Below are positions 52,073-60,020 of a stretch of 64,000 bases of DNA, piece after piece. The notes beneath the pieces were generated by a model. The model was not told the origin of the DNA. It searched no databases and worked only from the letters and a program-made list of their open reading frames with translations. The translations under genes and the position numbers were made by a program. The first letter of the stretch is position 1. Each line of letters begins with the position of its first letter. The stretch lies in NCBI GenBank assembly GCA_014444615.1, contig PVXE01000003.1:83793-147792 (forward strand), read 5' to 3'. The DNA is from Tagaea sp. CACIAM 22H2 (GTDB lineage Bacteria > Pseudomonadota > Alphaproteobacteria > CACIAM-22H2).

Positions 52073-52111
52073 GCTTGGGAAGCTTCTGCTCTACCATTGA
52101 GCTACACCCGC
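52038..52111 (-). tRNA. tRNA-Gly (anticodon CCC)
   Basis: 74-nt cloverleaf read from the complement: acceptor GCGGGTG/CACCCGC, D-arm GCTC-AATGGTA-GAGC, anticodon loop TTCCCAA, T-arm GAGGG-TTCGATT-CCCTT, discriminator U plus CCA. Confidence 0.85.
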
Positions 52112-52164
52112 GAACCGTCCGGGAAGATAGGCGGCGCTCGGGTTTTTCGCAAGCCGGTCCGGCT

Positions 52165-52192
52165 TGACAGAAATCGGGGGCGGGCATAATTT
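52165..52192 (+). promoter_or_regulatory. sigma70-like promoter candidate for metZ leader, overlapped by a 15-bp perfect palindrome
   Basis: TTGACA at 52165 with an A/T-rich CATAATTT -10-like element 14-16 nt downstream; palindrome AAGCCGGTCCGGCTT at 52151-52165 overlaps the -35. Confidence 0.4.
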
Positions 52193-52194
52193 CG

Positions 52195-52260
52195 CCCTCA
52201 CGTGACGATTTGGGCCGGCCGGCTTGCGGGGTCACGTTAATCCTCCCGCTAAAAGGTCGG
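52195..52260 (+). promoter_or_regulatory. SAM-II-like riboswitch candidate (H-type pseudoknot) in metZ leader
   Basis: stem CGUGAC...GUCACG encloses GAUUUGGGCCGGCCGGCUUGCGGG; 3' tail CCCGCUAAAAGG can pair with loop GCGGG; the GAUUU, GGCUUGC and GCUAAA elements match my recollection of SAM-II; gene context is metZ. Confidence 0.45.
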
Positions 52261-52298
52261 TGCCGGAAGTCCCGGAACCCCTCGCGGTTCCGCCCGAA

Positions 52299-52332
52299 AG
52301 CCCCGATCCCACGGTCGGGGTTTTGTCGTTTT
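52299..52332 (+). terminator. intrinsic terminator in metZ leader (riboswitch expression platform candidate)
   Basis: CCCCGA-TCCCACGG-TCGGGG hairpin followed by TTTTGTCGTTTT; alternative upstream hairpin CGGAACC..GGTTCCG. Confidence 0.55.
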
Positions 52333-52346
52333 GGGGGTTTCTTCCG

Positions 52347-53573
52347 ATGCCGGCCAACAAGTCCGATACGATCCGTAAATCCTGGCGCGCCGCGACGCGC
52401 GTGGTACGCGAAGGCACGCACCGTTCCGAATGGTTCGAGACGAGCGAAGCGCTCTATCTCAATTCGGGTTTCGTCTACGACAGCGCGTTCGACGCCGAAG
52501 CCGCCTTCTCGTCGAAGACGCCGCCGAAGGATCAACGCTTCGTCTATTCGCGCTTCGGCAACCCGACCAACCAGATGCTGGAAAAGCGTCTGGCCGCGCT
52601 GGAGGGTGCGGAGGCCTGCAAGGTGACGGCGTCGGGCATGGCCGCGGTGTTCGCGGCCTTGGCGAGCCAATTGAAGGCCGGCGATCGCATCGTCTCATCG
52701 CGCGCGCTGTTCGGGTCCTGCCACTACATCGTGACCGAGTTGCTGCCGCGCTGGGGCATCGAATCGGTGCTGGTCGACGGTGCGGATCTCGACCAATGGA
52801 AGACCGCCCTCGCCAAGCCCGCGAAAGCCGTGTTCCTGGAAACGCCGTCGAACCCGATGCTCGACCTCGTCGACATCAAAGCGGTGTCGAAGCTTGCGCA
52901 TAAGGCGGGGGCGTGCGTCGTCGTCGACAACGTGTTCGCCACGCCGATGTATCAAAAGCCTTTGGCGCTGGGCGCGGATGTCGTCATCTATTCCGCCACC
53001 AAGCATATCGATGGCCAAGGCCGCGTGCTGGGCGGGGCCGTGCTCGGCCGGCAGAAATGGATCGACGAGACGCTGGTGCCATTCCTGCGGCACACGGGGC
53101 CCACGCTGTCGGCCTTCAACGCCTGGGTGCTGCTGAAGGGCGTCGAAACGCTGCCCTTGCGCGTGGAAGCGCAAACGCGAAACGCGCTGATCGTCGCCAA
53201 GCGGCTGGAGAAGGCGCGCGAGATCGAGCGCGTCTACTACCCCGGCCTCAAATCGCATCCGCAATACGCGCTGGCGCGCAAGCAGATGAAATCGGGCTCG
53301 ACCCTGGTGGCGTTCGACGTGAAGGGCGGCAAGAAGGCGGCCTTCGCCTTCCAGGACGCGCTGCAGACGATCGACATCTCCAACAATCTGGGCGACGTCA
53401 AAAGCCTGATCTCCCACCCCGCGACGACGACGCATCAGCGTCTGCCGGCGGAGGAGAAGGCGCGCCTGGGCATCGGCCCCGGCAGCCTGCGCCTGTCGCT
53501 GGGCATCGAGGACCCGGCGGATTTGCTGGAGGATATCGAGCGCGCCTTGGCCGCCGCCCGCAAGGCCCGGTAA
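52347..53573 (+). CDS. metZ: O-succinylhomoserine sulfhydrylase
   Basis: 408 aa from MPANKSD; PLP-dependent CGS/MetZ family; N-terminus aligns by eye with known MetZ; PLP Lys region SATKHIDGQG. Confidence 0.85.
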   Translation: MPANKSDTIRKSWRAATRVVREGTHRSEWFETSEALYLNSGFVYDSAFDAEAAFSSKTPPKDQRFVYSRFGNPTNQMLEKRLAALEGAEACKVTASGMAAVFAALASQLKAGDRIVSSRALFGSCHYIVTELLPRWGIESVLVDGADLDQWKTALAKPAKAVFLETPSNPMLDLVDIKAVSKLAHKAGACVVVDNVFATPMYQKPLALGADVVIYSATKHIDGQGRVLGGAVLGRQKWIDETLVPFLRHTGPTLSAFNAWVLLKGVETLPLRVEAQTRNALIVAKRLEKAREIERVYYPGLKSHPQYALARKQMKSGSTLVAFDVKGGKKAAFAFQDALQTIDISNNLGDVKSLISHPATTTHQRLPAEEKARLGIGPGSLRLSLGIEDPADLLEDIERALAAARKAR

Positions 53574-53639
53574 CCGGCCCAATAACCCTACCGGCCGGGG
53601 CTGGATAGCCCCGGCCGAGGGGCCTATAGTGCGCCGGTC

Positions 53640-54032
53640 ATGTACAGTGCCACGACCCGCGACATCAAAGTCACCGTCAAGCCGGTGTTTCTGGACGACC
53701 AATCCTCGCCGTCCGAAAACCATTACGTCTGGGCCTATCACGTGCGGATCGAGAATCTCGGCCGCGCCACCGTGCAATTGCGCGCGCGCCATTGGAAGAT
53801 CACCGATGCGCTGGGCCGCTTGCAGGAAGTGAAGGGAGCGGGCGTCGTCGGCGAGCAGCCGATTCTGAAGCCCGGCCAGAGCTTCGAATACACGTCGGGC
53901 ACGCCGTTGGGCACGCCGTCGGGCATCATGGCCGGCACCTATCTGATGGAGACGCCGGACGGCGACCGCTTCGATATCGAAGTGCCCGCCTTCTCGCTCG
54001 ACTCGCCGCATTTCACCGCGAAACTGAACTGA
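53640..54032 (+). CDS. apaG: ApaG protein
   Basis: 130 aa; ApaG/DUF525 fold; segments [19 protein letters not shown] and [17 protein letters not shown]. Confidence 0.85.
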   Translation: MYSATTRDIKVTVKPVFLDDQSSPSENHYVWAYHVRIENLGRATVQLRARHWKITDALGRLQEVKGAGVVGEQPILKPGQSFEYTSGTPLGTPSGIMAGTYLMETPDGDRFDIEVPAFSLDSPHFTAKLN

Positions 54033-54046
54033 AGGGACCCCCGCCC

Positions 54047-54673
54047 TTGAAATCCGCCCTTAAATCCGTCGTCACCAAGCGCGCGCGCCCGACGCGCGAA
54101 GCCGCGCAAGAAGCCGTCCGCACGCTGATCGAGTGGGCGGGCGACGATCCGATGCGCGAAGGCCTGCTGGGCACGCCCGAACGCGTCGTGCGCGCCTACG
54201 AGGAATGGTTCGCCGGCTACAACGAAGATCCGGTCGAATTGCTGAAGCGTACCTTCGAGGAGACCGAAGGCTACGACGAAATGGTCGTGCTGCGCGACGT
54301 GCGCTTCGAAAGCGTGTGCGAACACCACCTCGCCCCGATCCTGGGCACGGTGCATGTCGCCTATCTGCCCGCCAAGCGCGTGGTCGGCATCTCCAAGCTC
54401 GCGCGCGTCATCGACGTCTACGCCAAGCGCATGCAGATTCAGGAGAAGATGACCGCGCAGATCGCGAACACGATCGAAGAAGTTCTCCAGCCCAAGGGCG
54501 TTGCCGTCGTCGTCCAGGCGCAGCATCAGTGCATGAGCACGCGCGGCGTGCATAAAACCGGCGTGTCGATGGTGACGAGCCGCATGCTCGGCGCCTTCCG
54601 CGACAACGAAGCCACGCGGCGCGAGTTCCTGGCGATCGTCGGGGCGCCGCGCGACAGCGGATCGCACGGCTGA
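54047..54673 (+). CDS. folE: GTP cyclohydrolase I
   Basis: FolE core ...VCEHHLAPI... and QAQHQCM motifs; start uncertain (TTG at 54047; no in-frame ATG after the apaG stop). Confidence 0.75.
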   Translation: MKSALKSVVTKRARPTREAAQEAVRTLIEWAGDDPMREGLLGTPERVVRAYEEWFAGYNEDPVELLKRTFEETEGYDEMVVLRDVRFESVCEHHLAPILGTVHVAYLPAKRVVGISKLARVIDVYAKRMQIQEKMTAQIANTIEEVLQPKGVAVVVQAQHQCMSTRGVHKTGVSMVTSRMLGAFRDNEATRREFLAIVGAPRDSGSHG

Positions 54674-54680
54674 TCGCGGA

Positions 54681-55856
54681 ATGACCACGGCGCAAAACTC
54701 CGTCGCGTTCCTGGAACGGCTGGTCGCGCATCGCACGGTCAGCCGCGATTCGAATCTCGGGCTGATCGAGGATGTGCGCGGCTATCTCGCCGGACTCGGC
54801 ATTCCAGCGCGCATCGTTCCCAACGAAGACGGCACCAAGGCCAATCTGGTCGCGACGATCGGCCCGATGGTCGATGGCGGCTTGATCCTGTCGGGCCATA
54901 CCGACGTCGTGCCCGTGGACGGCCAGCCCTGGTCGACCGATCCCTTCAAGCTGACCGAGAAGGACGGCAAGCTCTACGGCCGCGGCTCGTCGGACATGAA
55001 GGGCTTCATCGCCGTGGCTTTGGGCCTCGCCCCCGAATTCGCCAAGCTGAAGCTCGAACGGCCGATCCATTTCTGCTTCTCCTACGACGAGGAAGTCGGC
55101 TGTTTCGGCGCACCCCACGCGATCGCGCTGTTCGGCCGCGAGTTGCCGCGCGCGTCGGTGTGTTTCGTGGGCGAGCCCACGATGATGCGCGTGATCGTCG
55201 CGCATAAGGGTATTTGCTCCAACATCGCCCAAGCGCGCGGCCTGGAAGCGCATTCGAGCGCGCCGCAATTGGGCAGCAACGCGATCGTCCATATGGGGCG
55301 GTTCCTCGCCTTCCTGGACGATTTGCAGCGCGAATTGATCGATGAGGGCCAGAAACACGCGATCCCCGGCATCGAGTTCGATCCGCCCTACACGACCGTG
55401 GGCATCGGCCATATCCAGGGCGGCACGGCGGTCAATATCGTGCCGCGCGATTGCCGCCTCGCCTGGGAATTGCGCCCGCTGCCGGGCGTCGACGCCGAAG
55501 CGATCTACGCCCGCGCGCTTGCCAAGGCCGCCGAGATCGATGCCGCGATGAAGAAGGAATCGCGCGAGGCTTCCTTCGAAGTCACCAAATACGCCTGGAT
55601 CCCCGCCTGCAAGCCCGAGCATGACGGGCTGGCGCAGAAACTCGCCTGCGAGATGACCGGCGCGAACACCGTGTCGTCGGTCGCTTTCGGCACCGAGGCC
55701 GGGCAATTCCAGGAAGCGGGAATCTCCACCGTCATCTGCGGCCCCGGCGATATCGCCGTCGCGCACAAGACCGACGAATACACGACGCGCGACCAGCTCG
55801 CCCAGTGCGAGGCCTTCCTGAAGAAGCTGGCGCGATGGGCGCAGAACCCACGCTGA
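54681..55856 (+). CDS. M20-family deacetylase (acetylornithine deacetylase ArgE-like)
   Basis: 391 aa; M20 metal-binding region LSGHTDVVPVDGQPW, GRGSSDMKG, EEVG. Confidence 0.8.
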   Translation: MTTAQNSVAFLERLVAHRTVSRDSNLGLIEDVRGYLAGLGIPARIVPNEDGTKANLVATIGPMVDGGLILSGHTDVVPVDGQPWSTDPFKLTEKDGKLYGRGSSDMKGFIAVALGLAPEFAKLKLERPIHFCFSYDEEVGCFGAPHAIALFGRELPRASVCFVGEPTMMRVIVAHKGICSNIAQARGLEAHSSAPQLGSNAIVHMGRFLAFLDDLQRELIDEGQKHAIPGIEFDPPYTTVGIGHIQGGTAVNIVPRDCRLAWELRPLPGVDAEAIYARALAKAAEIDAAMKKESREASFEVTKYAWIPACKPEHDGLAQKLACEMTGANTVSSVAFGTEAGQFQEAGISTVICGPGDIAVAHKTDEYTTRDQLAQCEAFLKKLARWAQNPR

Positions 55857-56668
55857 AGATCGATACGCTCGCCGAGCAACTGCGCGCGCTCGGCGTGCGA
55901 CCGGGCGACGCGATCATCCCCCATGTCGCGATGCGCGATCTCGTACCGGTCGAGAACGGCCCCAAAGGCGTGCTGGCAGCGCTTCGCCGCGCCGTCGGCG
56001 CCAACGGCACGCTGCTGTTCCATGTGCCTTGCGAAACGGCGGGCAATTTCGCCGAGGCCGATCAACGCATCGCCGTCGGCCGCCAGATGGCGGGCGGCGA
56101 CGGTTTCGATCCGCTGGCCGGGCCGCCGCGCGGCCGCTTGGGCGAGTTCGCGCGCGCGGTGATCGCCGATCCCGATATGAAAATCGCGGCGCACCCGGCG
56201 GCGCGCTTCGCCGCCAGCGGCAAGCAAGCGGCCAAATTGCTGGAACCGATGCCGTGGGACGACCCGCTGGGGCCCGGCTCGCCGCTCGACCGGCTTTGCG
56301 CGCTGCAAGGCAAGGTGCTGGATTTCGGCGTCGATACCGCGACGCTAACAATCGGGTCGCTCGCCGATTACTACGCCGTCCCGCGCAGCCGCGCGATGGT
56401 TCTGCGCCATTACCGGACGCGCGAGAACGGCAGAAGCTTCGTGCGCAGCGTGCGCCTGCTCGACGACAAGGACGAGCATCGCTACGACGACGGTTTCGAC
56501 GGCGCACGGCGGCAGAGTTTCGCCAAGACCGGCAAAATCGGCCGCACGCAAGCGACGCTCTACGAAGCGGCACCTTTGCTGCGCTACCTGTCGCGCAAAT
56601 TCGGCGGGCCCGACCTGTTCCGTACCGTGCTGCGAGTCTACGAGCCGGTCACGCCGTCGCGGCGCTAG
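55835..56668 (+). CDS. AAC(3)-family aminoglycoside N3-acetyltransferase-like protein
   Basis: 277 aa; N-terminal segment LKIDTLAEQLRALGVRPGDAIIPHVAMRDLVPVENGPKGVLAALRRAVGANGTLL matches the AAC(3) pattern LxxLGVxxGDxxxVHxSLxxxGPVxGGxxxVxAALRxAVGxxGT; overlaps ArgE-like gene by 22 nt. Confidence 0.7.
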   Translation: MGAEPTLKIDTLAEQLRALGVRPGDAIIPHVAMRDLVPVENGPKGVLAALRRAVGANGTLLFHVPCETAGNFAEADQRIAVGRQMAGGDGFDPLAGPPRGRLGEFARAVIADPDMKIAAHPAARFAASGKQAAKLLEPMPWDDPLGPGSPLDRLCALQGKVLDFGVDTATLTIGSLADYYAVPRSRAMVLRHYRTRENGRSFVRSVRLLDDKDEHRYDDGFDGARRQSFAKTGKIGRTQATLYEAAPLLRYLSRKFGGPDLFRTVLRVYEPVTPSRR

Positions 56669-58436
56669 TTTCCTTGTCCTTCGCCGAGCTTTGCAGCGCG
56701 TGGAGCTTGGCGTAGAGCCCGCCGCGCTTGAGCAACTCGGCATGCGTGCCGGATTCGACCAGGCGGCCGTCTTCGATCGCGCAGATAATGTCGGCGTCGA
56801 CGATGGTCGACAGGCGGTGCGCCACGACGATCGTCGTACGGCCCTTCATCAGCGTGGCGAGCGATTGCTGGATCAAGCGTTCCGATTCGTTGTCGAGCGC
56901 AGACGTCGCTTCGTCCAGCAGCAGGATCGGCGCGTTCTTCAGGAACGCGCGCGCGATCGCCACGCGTTGGCGCTGGCCGCCGGACAGTTTCGAGCCGCGC
57001 TCGCCCACCACGGTCATGAATCCGTCGGGCAAAGCTTCGACGAAATCGAGCGCGCCGGCGATGCGCGCGGCCTCACGGATTTCCGCGTCCGTGGCGCCCG
57101 GTTTGCCGTAGCCGATATTGGCGCGGATCGTGTCGTGGAACAGGCTCGTTTCCTGCGTCACCAGCGCCATGTTGGCGCGCAGCGAATCGAGCGTCAGGTC
57201 GCGAACATCGTATCCATCCAACGTGACCCGGCCCTGATCGACGTCGTAGAAACGCGGCAGAAGATTGAGGATCGTCGTTTTGCCGCCGCCCGACGGGCCG
57301 ACCAGCGCCACCGTCTTGCCGGCTGGAATGCGCAAGGTCAGGCCATCGAGCGCCTTGCGATCCTCGCGGTAGGAAAAGGTGACGCCTTCGAAGCGGATCT
57401 CGCCTGCGACCTTGGAGATCGCGGCGGCGCCTTTACGATCGACGATCTTGGGCGACATATCCTCCAGCGCGAAGACGCGCGCCGCGGCGGCGAGACCTTC
57501 CTGCAGCGTGTTGTTGAGATTGGCCACGCTCTTGATCGGCTGATAGGCCATCAGCAGCGCCGTGATGAACGAGAAGAACGTGCCGGGCGTCGTTTGGCCT
57601 TGGATCACCTGCCAGCCGCCATAGAAGATGACGGCGGCGACGGCGATGGAACCTAGCGTTTCGATGATCGGATTGGCGGCCGAGCGCGTGCGCGCGTTCT
57701 TGTGCAGCAGGGTGAAAATGCGTTCGACGATCTCGCGCAGCTTCGCCGTTTCCTGGCGTTCCATCAGATACGCCTTCACATGGCGGATCCCTTGGAACGC
57801 CTCGTCGATCGTCGTCATCAGCGCGCCGACTTCGACCTGCGTGTTGTTCGAGATTTTGCGCATGCGCTTGCCCATGCGACGCACGGGCAGGAACGCCATC
57901 GGAAACACCACGAAGGCGATCAGCGCCATGCGCCAATCCTGCCAGAACATCAGCGCGACCAGGAACACGACGGTCAGCGAATCCTTCGACAGACCGACCA
58001 GCGATTGGGTGATCGCCGCGCGCATCAGCGCCACGTCGTGCGTTAGCCTAATGCCCAGGCGCGCGGCGGGATTGTCGTTGAAGAAGGCGAGATCGGCGCG
58101 CACCGCCTGCTCGAACAATTTGATCTGCAGATCCGAGATGATGCGCTGTCCGACATAGTTGAGCAGCACGCCCTGGAAATAGGTCGCGATTCCCTTGATC
58201 AATGCCGCCAGGATCACCGCCAGCGGCACGAGGTAGAGCATGGCCGTATCGCGGGCGACGAACACCTTGTCGAGCACGGGTTCCATCAGCCAGGCATTGG
58301 CGGCGGTCGCGGCAGCGGCCAAAGCCATGCACAGGATCGACAGCGCCACCCGGCCCCAATGCGGGCGCACATGGTTGGCGATAAGGCGGGTCAGAAGACC
58401 GCGCGTGCTCTGGTCGGCAAGGATCGGGATACTCAC
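56649..58436 (-). CDS. ABC transporter permease/ATP-binding fusion (MsbA-like exporter)
   Basis: 595 aa; 6 TM then NBD with GPSGGGKTT and [13 protein letters not shown]; convergent 20-nt overlap with acetyltransferase gene. Confidence 0.85.
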   Translation of the reverse strand: MSIPILADQSTRGLLTRLIANHVRPHWGRVALSILCMALAAAATAANAWLMEPVLDKVFVARDTAMLYLVPLAVILAALIKGIATYFQGVLLNYVGQRIISDLQIKLFEQAVRADLAFFNDNPAARLGIRLTHDVALMRAAITQSLVGLSKDSLTVVFLVALMFWQDWRMALIAFVVFPMAFLPVRRMGKRMRKISNNTQVEVGALMTTIDEAFQGIRHVKAYLMERQETAKLREIVERIFTLLHKNARTRSAANPIIETLGSIAVAAVIFYGGWQVIQGQTTPGTFFSFITALLMAYQPIKSVANLNNTLQEGLAAAARVFALEDMSPKIVDRKGAAAISKVAGEIRFEGVTFSYREDRKALDGLTLRIPAGKTVALVGPSGGGKTTILNLLPRFYDVDQGRVTLDGYDVRDLTLDSLRANMALVTQETSLFHDTIRANIGYGKPGATDAEIREAARIAGALDFVEALPDGFMTVVGERGSKLSGGQRQRVAIARAFLKNAPILLLDEATSALDNESERLIQQSLATLMKGRTTIVVAHRLSTIVDADIICAIEDGRLVESGTHAELLKRGGLYAKLHALQSSAKDKETSAATA

Positions 58437-58794
58437 GGGATCGGGCTTATCCCACGGAATTGCGGCGAAATCCCACCGATAAACGGGGCCCCCCTTTCGG
58501 GCCGTATATTGTGCCGGAGGGGAATATGGTTAACGTCACTTAACACATAGGAATAAAAGGCTATTCTCCCGTTTTGTTCGCGTCCGGTTCGGGGGAATGC
58601 GAACGACTCGGGGCGAATCGGGTATTTAGATTTCGAGTCCGGGGCGACCCCCAAGACTCGGTATAGGCTGGGCTCTTAAACTTGTACTTTAAGAGTCGCC
58701 TTGTTATGCTTGTTTCACCTTTGTACCTGATCGGCAACGTCGATCCGGGCGGGGTCCGGCGCGCTAAATCTGGGGCCTGTGGATAAAAACGGCA
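58437..58794. promoter_or_regulatory. AT-richer divergent intergenic region with several inverted repeats (promoters, operators and possibly an sRNA)
   Basis: 358 bp; perfect IR CTCTTAAA-CTTGTAC-TTTAAGAG at 58673-58695; repeated TTGTAC and ACTCGG motifs; GC clearly below flanking genes. Confidence 0.4.
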
Positions 58795-60006
58795 ATGCTC
58801 AATCAACGTCTCGACCAGTTACAGGACTATCCCTTCGCGCGGCTCGCCGCGCTGATCGCCGACATCACGCCCAAGGTCAATATCGCGCCCGTCGCCATGT
58901 CGATCGGCGACCCGCAGGGTCAGCCGCCGGAATTCGCGATGAAGATCATCGCCGACCATGCCGACAAGTGGAACGGCTACCCGCCGGTGATCGGCACGTT
59001 CGAATTGCGCACGGCGATCAAAACCTGGCTCGACCGGCGCTACGCGCTGCCGCGCGATCTGATCGATATCGAAACGCAGATCGCGCCTGTGGCGGGTACC
59101 CGCGAAGGCCTGTTCATCGTGGCGCAGCTTGCCGTGAACGGCGCCAAGAACGGCCAAAAGCCGGTCGCGCTGATGCCCAATCCCTTCTATCAAGTCTACA
59201 ACGCCGCCGCGGTGATGGCGGGTGCGGAGCCCGTCTACCTCACCACGACCGAGGCGACCGGTTTTCTGCCCGATCTCGACGCGATCCCGGAAGAAACGCT
59301 GCAACGCACGGCGTTGTTCTATCTGTGCAGCCCCGGCAATCCGCAGGGCGCCATCGCGTCGATCGACTACATCAAGAAGGCGCTGGGTCTCGCGCGCAAA
59401 TATGACTTCTTGCTCGTGATGGACGAGTGCTACGCCGAGCTTTACTACACGCCCGAAGCGCCGCAAGGCGGCTTGCAGGCGGCGCTGGCATTGGGGCCCG
59501 GCCAAGACGGCCACCCGCTCGACAATCTCGTATGCTTCCACACATTGTCGAAGCGCAGCTCCGCCGCCGGCATGCGCTCCGGCTTCGGCGTGGGTTCGCC
59601 CACGACCATCAAACTCCTCAACCGGCTGCGCAGTTTCTCCTGCGCCGGCCAGCCTTTCCCGATCCAAGCCGCATCGGCGGCGTTGTGGGCCGAAGAAGGC
59701 CATGCGATCGCGACGCGCGAAGCCTATGCCAAGCGCATGGAATCGGCGCGGCGCCATCTGGGCAAATTGCCCGGCTTCTACGCGCCCAAGGGCGGCATGT
59801 TCTTGTGGATCGAGGTCGGCGACGGCGAAGACGCCGCGCGCAAGCTGTGGCGCGACGCCGCGATCAAGGTCCTTCCCGGCGAGTATCTGACCAAGCCGGA
59901 GAAAGACGGCACCAATACGGGCAAACGCTATATCCGCGTGGCGCTCGTTCACGAATACGAAACCTGCGATGCGGCACTCTTCCGCATGGCGCAGGTTCTT
60001 GGATGA
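58795..60006 (+). CDS. class I/II aminotransferase (N-succinyldiaminopimelate aminotransferase DapC-like)
   Basis: 403 aa; MLNQRLDQLQDYPFARLA N-terminus typical of DapC-type; PLP Lys region LSKRSSAAGMRSG. Confidence 0.75.
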   Translation: MLNQRLDQLQDYPFARLAALIADITPKVNIAPVAMSIGDPQGQPPEFAMKIIADHADKWNGYPPVIGTFELRTAIKTWLDRRYALPRDLIDIETQIAPVAGTREGLFIVAQLAVNGAKNGQKPVALMPNPFYQVYNAAAVMAGAEPVYLTTTEATGFLPDLDAIPEETLQRTALFYLCSPGNPQGAIASIDYIKKALGLARKYDFLLVMDECYAELYYTPEAPQGGLQAALALGPGQDGHPLDNLVCFHTLSKRSSAAGMRSGFGVGSPTTIKLLNRLRSFSCAGQPFPIQAASAALWAEEGHAIATREAYAKRMESARRHLGKLPGFYAPKGGMFLWIEVGDGEDAARKLWRDAAIKVLPGEYLTKPEKDGTNTGKRYIRVALVHEYETCDAALFRMAQVLG

Positions 60007-60020
60007 TATTGGAGCGATAG

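Noticed and set aside
52038-52111. Integrated element at the tRNA-Gly
   Set aside because: No integrase or recombinase, and no direct repeat of the tRNA 3' end was seen; flanking genes are ordinary core genes.
52224-52346. Upstream in-frame TTG/GTG starts that would extend metZ into the leader
   Set aside because: Alignment by eye with known MetZ N-termini supports the ATG at 52347; the upstream region is structured RNA (pseudoknot plus terminator), not coding.
53574-53639. GGCCGGGGC-TGGATA-GCCCCGGCC hairpin between metZ and apaG, as a possible REP or mobile element
   Set aside because: Single copy in the window, with no T-run and no second copy to support a repetitive element; it may simply be a weak terminator or RNA stability element.
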